From Nitrosopumilus sp. (GTDB lineage: Archaea; Thermoproteota; Nitrososphaeria; Nitrososphaerales; Nitrosopumilaceae): a stretch of DNA of 64,000 nucleotides. Below are positions 57,424 to 64,000 of the stretch, piece by piece (within the stretch, counting starts at the first letter, position 1; each line of letters starts with the position of its first letter). Under the pieces are notes generated by a model that saw only the letters and a program-made list of their open reading frames with translations, did not search any database and was not told the origin of the DNA. A program made the translations under genes and the position numbers. Where the stretch lies: assembly GCA_965206745.1 (NCBI GenBank), contig OZ242220.1:1280001-1344000 (forward strand), given 5' to 3'.

Positions 57424-58691
57424 TACAAGTCCCTCGGATCGGTGATTTTGCCAGTAACGGCAGATGCCGCTGCCACCAGCGGGGATGCAAGGTATGTTTG
57501 AGATTCCACATGGCCCATCCTGCCAGGAAAGTTTCTGTTTGTGGTGCTTATGCATATCTCATCTTTTGCCAAGACTCCCATGTGTGCACCACAGCAGGCC
57601 CCGCAGGTCGGAGGCCCAACAGTAACTCCGGCATCCAAGAAAATTTTCAACAGCCCGTTCTCCATGGCCCTCCGATAAATTGAGATTGCAGCAGGCAGGA
57701 CTTCGGTCCTAATCTTTACCTTTCGTCCCTTGAGGACTCTTGCCGCAGCTTCCAAATCTTCGTATTTTGCCCCGGTACAAGAACCGATGTAGGACTTGTC
57801 AAGGTCTACAGAGGGGGCCTCCCTAACAACGCACGTGTTGTCAGGAGAGAATGGTTTTGCAACAGTTGGCTCCATTTCGGAACTTTCAAATTCAAACACC
57901 TTTGCATACTCTGCATCATCATCGCCTTTTATCAAATTCATGCTAGTTGCGCCCCTCCGGGTAAGGTAATCCACAACTTTTTGATCCGGCTCAACAATGC
58001 CGTTCTTTGCACCTGCCTCAGTAGTCATATTGCACAGGGTCAGTCTGCTTTCAACTGACATCTCATCGATGCCGCTTCCCCCAAACTGCATCGTTTGATA
58101 CGCACCACCGTCGGTTCCTATCTCCCCGATGATCTTTAGAATCAAGTCTTTTGCCATCACATGATCAGGCAACCTTCCATTTAGCTTAAAGTAGTAGGTC
58201 TGAGGAACCTTGAACCAAATCTGTCCGTACAGTAAGACATAGGCTATGTCAGTGTGTCCCAGACCGCAGGCAAAAGCACCCAAGGCGCCAGTAGTGTTAG
58301 TGTGAGAATCCCCGCCAACATAGACATCCCCAGGCATCACCATCGCCTCCTCATGGGATATGGTATGACAAATTCCATACTGGCCCATTCCATATTTGAA
58401 ATGTTTCTCAATTCCGTAGTGCTTGGTAAAGTTGGATAGTTTTACAATATTTTCAGCAGATATCTTTTCTGCCGATGGGACAAAGTGATCCTCTGCAACC
58501 CAAACCTTGCTTGAATCCCATAATTTATCCACTGAGATTCCCTGCTTTTTTAATTTGTCAAATACCTTGATCACACCAGGTCCTGAGACATCATGCATCA
58601 TGACCTTGTCAACCTTGGCAAAAACCACGTCATCTGGGGCAACTGAGGACTTTGCTGCTCCACGAGCAAGAATCTTCTCAACTATATTCAT
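57423..58691 (-). CDS. hacA: Homoaconitase/IPM isomerase large subunit (archaeal type)
   Basis: DHFVP, GICH, DSHT, CGACCG, STTNRNFPGRMG. Confidence 0.82.
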   Translation of the reverse strand: MNIVEKILARGAAKSSVAPDDVVFAKVDKVMMHDVSGPGVIKVFDKLKKQGISVDKLWDSSKVWVAEDHFVPSAEKISAENIVKLSNFTKHYGIEKHFKYGMGQYGICHTISHEEAMVMPGDVYVGGDSHTNTTGALGAFACGLGHTDIAYVLLYGQIWFKVPQTYYFKLNGRLPDHVMAKDLILKIIGEIGTDGGAYQTMQFGGSGIDEMSVESRLTLCNMTTEAGAKNGIVEPDQKVVDYLTRRGATSMNLIKGDDDAEYAKVFEFESSEMEPTVAKPFSPDNTCVVREAPSVDLDKSYIGSCTGAKYEDLEAAARVLKGRKVKIRTEVLPAAISIYRRAMENGLLKIFLDAGVTVGPPTCGACCGAHMGVLAKDEICISTTNRNFPGRMGHVESQTYLASPLVAAASAVTGKITDPRDL

Positions 58692-58996
58692 AATGAAAAA
58701 AGCTTGCTCTAGAGATTAAAAGCTTTTCAGAATCCAAGAGTAGAGTTTCCCAGCAGCCATACTGCGCTTTATTATAGAGATCGATTCCCGAGGAGGGATT
58801 CCTCAGAGAATCAGCCTTGAAAATGACTGGAAATTGGCCATTTTTTGCAAGCAGGCATTTTTGCAGGACTGGACAGACATCTACCATGTCATACCAGTGT
58901 GATCTAAAATTTCGCCCATCCCATTCCGTTACAGGATACTGCAGGAATTCCAAATTATTCACAACAATAAAAAAGAAAGGAGACACGCCAGATACT

Positions 58997-59773
58997 GTGC
59001 AATTAACGGTTTTTCCGCTTTTGGCAGAAAGGAAGGAGGCAGAATTTGATGTTTTTGAAACATTGCTAAAAACACTGAAAGGCAACAGTGCAGTCTTGGA
59101 AGAGGGAGATGTTTTGGTAATATCTACAAAGTACATCTCAAATGCACAGGGAAGGGTCGTAGATCTGGAAAGAGTTGCAGTTTCCAAAGAAGGCACCAAG
59201 GTTTCAAAAGAGTATCAGATAAAATCAGGGATGGCAGAGCTAGTCATCAGGGAGTCAGATAAGATTTTTGGAGGCATTGGAGGATTTGTAATTACATCAT
59301 CAGATAACATCATGGCGCCCAACGCAGGTATTGACAAATCAAATGCAAAAAAGGGCAGGGCCATACTATACCCAACTAACCCGTACCTTACTGCAGAGGA
59401 GATTCGCAGGAAAATTTTCTTGAAATTCCTCATCCACGTGGGAGTAATCCTCGTAGACAGCAGGCTAATGCCGGCAAGGATTGGGACGTCAGGTGTTGCA
59501 GTAGCTTGTGCGGGAATAGAGCCTGTACTGGATATGCGAGCAAAAAAAGATCTAGATGGCAATCCATTAAAGGTTACATTTCAAGCAGTAGTGGACAATC
59601 TTGCCACGATTGCAAATTACAAGATGGGTGAGGGTGCCGAATCAAAGCCGTTTGCGATAGTCAGAGACTCAGAGGCGGTTCTCACAGATAGAAAAATCAA
59701 CCCATCAGAGATGGCAATTTCGCCTGATCAATGCGTTTACGTAAGAGGACTATCAAATCCCCCAAAATTTTAA
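58997..59773 (+). CDS. cofE: Coenzyme F420-0:L-glutamate ligase
   Basis: ISTKYIS, PNAGIDKSN, DLDGNPL, MGEGAESKP; GTG start. Confidence 0.92.
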   Translation: MQLTVFPLLAERKEAEFDVFETLLKTLKGNSAVLEEGDVLVISTKYISNAQGRVVDLERVAVSKEGTKVSKEYQIKSGMAELVIRESDKIFGGIGGFVITSSDNIMAPNAGIDKSNAKKGRAILYPTNPYLTAEEIRRKIFLKFLIHVGVILVDSRLMPARIGTSGVAVACAGIEPVLDMRAKKDLDGNPLKVTFQAVVDNLATIANYKMGEGAESKPFAIVRDSEAVLTDRKINPSEMAISPDQCVYVRGLSNPPKF

Positions 59774-59800
59774 ACCTGTATTCTGTAATATTATCAGGAG

Positions 59801-60011
59801 CTAACGCAGAGAGTTTTCTATTCTTTTTAAATGAATTTCAGTATTCTTGTTGTCTACACAAGGTATCGATTTTAACACTCATCATTTTTGTGCCTTTTGA
59901 TAATCTGTTTAATTCTTTATCCATTGCGGTTAATTTACTATACTTAACCAGAGTCTGTTTTTCCAGATTAGATATTTTCTTGATTAGAGTCTGGTTTTGG
60001 GCTCTGGTCAC
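59801..60011 (-). pseudogene. Short coiled-coil ORF, apparently frameshifted near its 3' end
   Basis: MTRAQNQTLIKKISNLEKQ..KIDTL stops at 59838; shifted frame continues VDNKNTEIHLKRIENSLR. Confidence 0.4.
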
Positions 60012-60090
60012 AAAAGGTGATCAGATCACTATTTGTGAATAGTGTAAAATCTGGTTCTGCTTTAAATAGAGGAATTTACTGTGAAAGGTA

Positions 60091-60645
60091 ATGGAGTACC
60101 TGACGACGTATCCCAAAACGGTGTCGTTCTTTGACGGAATCAAACACAAGATTAATGTGGATAGCAAGGATGGCGTAGAACAACTCCATATCGTAGTTAG
60201 GAAGAGTTTTGAGGAGCTGACAAAAATCTTTGCGTCTGAAGGCTTTACCAAGGTCAAACTCGAACACAAACAGCCAGATCAAATTGGGAGTGGCCTAAAC
60301 CTGAAATTGAAAAAACCATGGGAGATGCACATCAGAATGGTTGATTTAAAGAAAGGGCTGATAGGCATTCATGCAGAAGTAGAAGTATCAAGGGACTACT
60401 TGCAGCACCTGTTTTCTCAGAGAACACCGGTGGTTTATGAAGTAGAAGAAATTTTGAAAAAGTATCAAGTGGATTACAATATTTGGCACGACAAGATTAA
60501 GAAAAATGTCAATGCCATCGTGGACAATTACAAAGTAAAACTTGCAACTCCCAGCATTCCGGTGTTTGCATGGAAGCCGATGCTGTTTGTCATTGGCACC
60601 ATTGCGGCATTTTATGGTTGGAAGTACTTTAACACGATCTGGTAG
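60091..60645 (+). CDS. Hypothetical protein with C-terminal TM
   Basis: PWEMHIR, HAEVEVSRDYLQH; C-terminal hydrophobic helix. Confidence 0.8.
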   Translation: MEYLTTYPKTVSFFDGIKHKINVDSKDGVEQLHIVVRKSFEELTKIFASEGFTKVKLEHKQPDQIGSGLNLKLKKPWEMHIRMVDLKKGLIGIHAEVEVSRDYLQHLFSQRTPVVYEVEEILKKYQVDYNIWHDKIKKNVNAIVDNYKVKLATPSIPVFAWKPMLFVIGTIAAFYGWKYFNTIW

Positions 60646-60646
60646 A

Positions 60647-60982
60647 TCAGACGCCGAGAGTTTCAGCCTTACTTAGTTCTAAGAAGACCTTGTCTCCGAC
60701 TGAAAGGCCCATCTCCTTGTACTCGTGCATTTCAAGTTTTAATTGAGTGACACCAGATTGCGCACCCATTCCGCCCATGCCGGACATCATCTTGTTCAGG
60801 TCTTTCATCATGTCATTCATGTTTGAAAATCCCATTACCTTTGGGGTTCCAAATGGAGGCTGTTGGGTTTGGGTCCCCTCCTTTAGATCTTTTAAAGAGG
60901 ATAGCGAGACTACAACGTATGGCGCCGCATCAGGTGCAGAATCGATGCTTTTTACGACAAATTCTTTCTTCATGTGTGACAT
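60647..60982 (-). CDS. Hypothetical protein, possible arcadin-1-like
   Basis: beta-hairpin, Met/Gly-rich insert, then LEMHEYKEMGLSVGDKVFLEL. Confidence 0.75.
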   Translation of the reverse strand: MSHMKKEFVVKSIDSAPDAAPYVVVSLSSLKDLKEGTQTQQPPFGTPKVMGFSNMNDMMKDLNKMMSGMGGMGAQSGVTQLKLEMHEYKEMGLSVGDKVFLELSKAETLGV

Positions 60983-61077
60983 TGTATAGTGCTCAATATA
61001 ATTTTAATTTTAAGGTGAATTTGCACTAAATTCAGCAAATTTGAAGATTTAATTACAATTTTTAAGATCTTAAATCA

Positions 61078-61611
61078 TTGTCAGAGAATCTAAAAACGAC
61101 GTTACGGTATTACGGAATCTCGCCTTGGGAGATCGAGGTGCTGTATGGATTTCTAAATTCTCACTTTACCATAATTCAGGACGAGATAGAAGCAGACGAT
61201 GAAAATTTTGTCAGCTTCTTGGATATAGACATCCCACTTCAATTCAACGAGGAGTTTTTCCAGTGGTTTGATTTCAAGCGCTGGGAGAAGATCAAAGCAG
61301 TGTTCAAGGAAATGAAGAGGCGCAGGGGCAGCGGTAACGCATTAAAAATAGTGATTAATTTTTCTGGAAACCCGAAAATAATTTTCAGAATAGACATCGA
61401 GGATAAGCAATGGTTTGATAATGCATTAGAAAAAATGGATTTCGTTTTGGAATTGCTTCCATATCATCTAGATCCGAAAAAAATGCCATCAGATATTTCT
61501 GAAATCAGGTACAGGTTTGATTCAGAGTCAATCAGATGGCGTCTGGATACCGCATCATCTGAAGATAAAAAATACACGTTCGGCGGGGATTCATGGAATG
61601 AAATTACTTGA
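61078..61611 (+). CDS. Hypothetical protein
   Basis: 177-aa ORF, TTG start. Confidence 0.8.
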   Translation: MSENLKTTLRYYGISPWEIEVLYGFLNSHFTIIQDEIEADDENFVSFLDIDIPLQFNEEFFQWFDFKRWEKIKAVFKEMKRRRGSGNALKIVINFSGNPKIIFRIDIEDKQWFDNALEKMDFVLELLPYHLDPKKMPSDISEIRYRFDSESIRWRLDTASSEDKKYTFGGDSWNEIT

Positions 61612-62044
61612 GATCTTTTTGTAATGGTTCTAGCAGCTCATGCAGTTCTTTGTATTTTGACTCTAAAAATTCTAAAGCATCAACAAGTTTTTTGGATTTT
61701 CCATATTTGTATCGAATCAACTCACGGTGATGCCAGTATGTTGTGCTCTCATCAACAGACAAGGTAGTAAAATAATCTGCTCCTTTCAAATTATCAGGAA
61801 GTTTTACATCATGAGGGAATAGCAGCTCCACAATGAACCACTCATCCCCATCAGGATAATCAGAACCAGTTTCCACATCAAAAAACACATGGAGCAGATC
61901 AGACTGCATTAGGCCGTCATCTGGAATAGAGGGATGCTTGACAGATGATTTTTTAAAATCAAGATTGAGCAGTTGGGGTTCAAAGAAACCCTTTATGATG
62001 GATTTTCGAAATATTTTATTTGCCTCGTTAATGTTCAAATGCAA
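61604..62044 (-). CDS. Hypothetical protein
   Basis: 146-aa ORF. Confidence 0.78.
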   Translation of the reverse strand: MHLNINEANKIFRKSIIKGFFEPQLLNLDFKKSSVKHPSIPDDGLMQSDLLHVFFDVETGSDYPDGDEWFIVELLFPHDVKLPDNLKGADYFTTLSVDESTTYWHHRELIRYKYGKSKKLVDALEFLESKYKELHELLEPLQKDLK

Positions 62045-62298
62045 AATAGTATTCCACGAAACTTGCCTATAACTTCTTAGGTCTGACCTAGCACGGCGTC
62101 AGATCTGCAGGAATAAAGGCGCAACCCAGAGGGATCTGTCCAAGCCATTTTAGGACTCGGGGATGGTGTGGGCATCTGTATGATTTCTCAGTTTATAATT
62201 TTTGAGATGTTTATGCAATTGCAGAGTTGAATGTGGGATTTTTTGAATCAGAATAGGATCCGTATTTCAGGACCTCCAAGATTACAGAACCTGACAGA

Positions 62299-63261
62299 CT
62301 ATACCTCTAGAGAATCCAGAATTTTCGAAATATCAGTGTTTGAGTTGCCATTCTTTGAAATATTTTGTTTGGCAGGAGGATTTTCCAGATAGTTTGGAAT
62401 CTTGTCTTTTAATCTTTGAGTGTATGGGGAAATAAGCTCATTTTTGTAAAAAACGCCAATTGGGATTTTGTTTCCCCATTCAAGGGATTTAATCAGAGCT
62501 TGGGACAGTTTCTCATTGACCTCAACTTCAGAACCATAATGAACCAGGGGCTCATATCCATGCTCTTCGAGTTTGTAAATTCTAGAATGCCTTTTTTGGG
62601 CCTCGTCAACTAGATCAGTGCCGGCATACCAATCTCTAGTGTTAAGATCATTGTATGTCGGACAGGGCTGCAACACATCTAGAAATGAGAGGCCCTTGTG
62701 ATTGACAGCCTGAATGATCAAATCTTTGAGATGCCTAACATCATAGGAATATCCACGAGCTACGAATGTAAAACCACTTGCAATGGCCAATCCGATTGGA
62801 TTGACATTGGAATTCGTATTTGGGGAAGGCAGTGATTTTGTTTTTTCTCCCAACTTCAAAGTTGGGGATGCCTGACCCTTTGTCAAACCATAAACCCCGT
62901 TATCAAAAATAATATAGGTCATATCCACATTTCGCCTACCGGCAGCAACAAAATGTCCGGCACCAATTCCCAACCCATCACCATCTCCACCCACTGCAAC
63001 AACAGTTAGATCAGGATTTGCAATCTTTGCACCCTGAGCAAATGTCAAAACCCTTCCATGCAATGTGTGGACACCGTACGTGTTGATGTAGTGAGACGTT
63101 TTCCCAGAACAGCCGATTCCAGAAAACATTGCAGCCTTGTCTCGTTCAATGCCCATCTCTGCCAAGGCCATCTGAATTGCGTTGACTATTCCAAAATCCC
63201 CACATCCAGGACACCAGTCATTATGGACATCTGTCTTGTAATCAGCCAGTTTAAGCGCCAT
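62299..63261 (-). CDS. korB: 2-oxoacid:ferredoxin oxidoreductase beta subunit
   Basis: [29 protein letters not shown]. Confidence 0.95.
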   Translation of the reverse strand: MALKLADYKTDVHNDWCPGCGDFGIVNAIQMALAEMGIERDKAAMFSGIGCSGKTSHYINTYGVHTLHGRVLTFAQGAKIANPDLTVVAVGGDGDGLGIGAGHFVAAGRRNVDMTYIIFDNGVYGLTKGQASPTLKLGEKTKSLPSPNTNSNVNPIGLAIASGFTFVARGYSYDVRHLKDLIIQAVNHKGLSFLDVLQPCPTYNDLNTRDWYAGTDLVDEAQKRHSRIYKLEEHGYEPLVHYGSEVEVNEKLSQALIKSLEWGNKIPIGVFYKNELISPYTQRLKDKIPNYLENPPAKQNISKNGNSNTDISKILDSLEV

Positions 63262-64000
63262 GCATTAGAACCTCCCGTTTGTCTGCCTTGTTCTGAACAA
63301 TTTTCTTGAGTGAATCATAAACCTCGGTACTAGTCATAGCCCGTCCGGTATATTTTAAGATAAAGTAGTCAACATCATGGTCAGTGTTTTGTTTGAAGAG
63401 TTTGCCTAGCTGTCCAGAATGATTTGCCTCAATATCAATAATCGTCTTTGCGTCTTTTAGCAGAAAATTAACATAATCACTTGGAAACGGATGCAGTAAC
63501 TTTAACTGAATAAACCCTATAGAGATTCCTTCTTTTTTGAGCATCTCTAGCGCATCAAGTATGGGGCCCTTTGCAGACCCCCAGGAGATTATGGTGTATG
63601 GTTTGACACCAAAGGATTTTACTTGCTCATCATTAGGAATCATTTTTAGAATCAAATCCAGGCGGGACATTCTCTTATCCATCATTTTTACGCGTAAAAT
63701 AGGATCCTCAGTAATATGGCCATATTCGTCAGACTCGTCCCCAGTATTCCAAAAGATGCCATTGTCAATTCCCAATCGTGAACGAGGGGATATTCCATCG
63801 TCTGTAAACTCAAATCTCCTATACCCATCATCCACGTTTTCCAAGAGTTTTCCCCTGTTGATCGAGATTCTTTGTGGATCAAATCTCCCACACGTAATCA
63901 CAGAACTAGCATGAAACTTGTCCATAAGATGAATCAATGGAACCTGGAAGATATCGGCATAGTTAAAGCAGTTGCCAGTATCATAGAAACTCTCTTCAAT
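63251..64000 (-). CDS. korA: 2-oxoacid:ferredoxin oxidoreductase alpha subunit (5'-partial)
   Basis: [24 protein letters not shown]; frame runs off the window end. Confidence 0.93.
   Translation of the reverse strand: MEESFYDTGNCFNYADIFQVPLIHLMDKFHASSVITCGRFDPQRISINRGKLLENVDDGYRRFEFTDDGISPRSRLGIDNGIFWNTGDESDEYGHITEDPILRVKMMDKRMSRLDLILKMIPNDEQVKSFGVKPYTIISWGSAKGPILDALEMLKKEGISIGFIQLKLLHPFPSDYVNFLLKDAKTIIDIEANHSGQLGKLFKQNTDHDVDYFILKYTGRAMTSTEVYDSLKKIVQNKADKREVLMHGA

Noticed and set aside
58817-58996. N-terminal extension of cofE
   Set aside because: Not protein-like; the family begins at GTG 58997
61016-61034. 7-5-7 inverted repeat TGAATTT/AAATTCA
   Set aside because: Short and AT-rich; could arise by chance
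62080-62298. MITE in the spacer downstream of korB
   Set aside because: Only about 5 bp of terminal inverted match and no second copy in the window
1422-63914. Numerous short antisense or overlapping ORFs in the track
   Set aside because: Shadows of well-supported genes on the opposite strand or in another frame

Overview
This 64-kb window is core chromosome from an ammonia-oxidising archaeon (Nitrososphaerota, Nitrosopumilus-like). The assignment rests on archaeal ribosomal, exosome and RNA polymerase genes, an intron-containing tRNA, and thaumarchaeal 'IPxWIK' surface repeats. It holds tetrapyrrole/siroheme-heme genes (ahbAB, sirC, hemABCDL, cobA), a suf operon, an ars locus, sbtAB, an ABC exporter, three tRNAs, the exosome and rpoD-L18-L13-S9 clusters, two aconitase-family pairs, cofE and the 2-oxoacid:ferredoxin oxidoreductase genes. 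No CRISPR array, rRNA or intact mobile element is visible. Reading between the supplied ORFs found a metallothionein-like 47-aa gene, four other Cys/His micro-proteins, a canonical C/D-box guide sRNA, several palindromic operators and possible eroded IS relics. The best system-level candidates are: (i) a membrane-anchored ArsR/wHTH regulator facing an exported beta-propeller gene across a 13-2-13 operator; (ii) the metal-binding micro-proteins; (iii) a coiled-coil protein with a repeat-expanded histone-H1-like tail; (iv) a possible arcadin-1 homolog. All calls come from motif recognition by eye; no searches were run.
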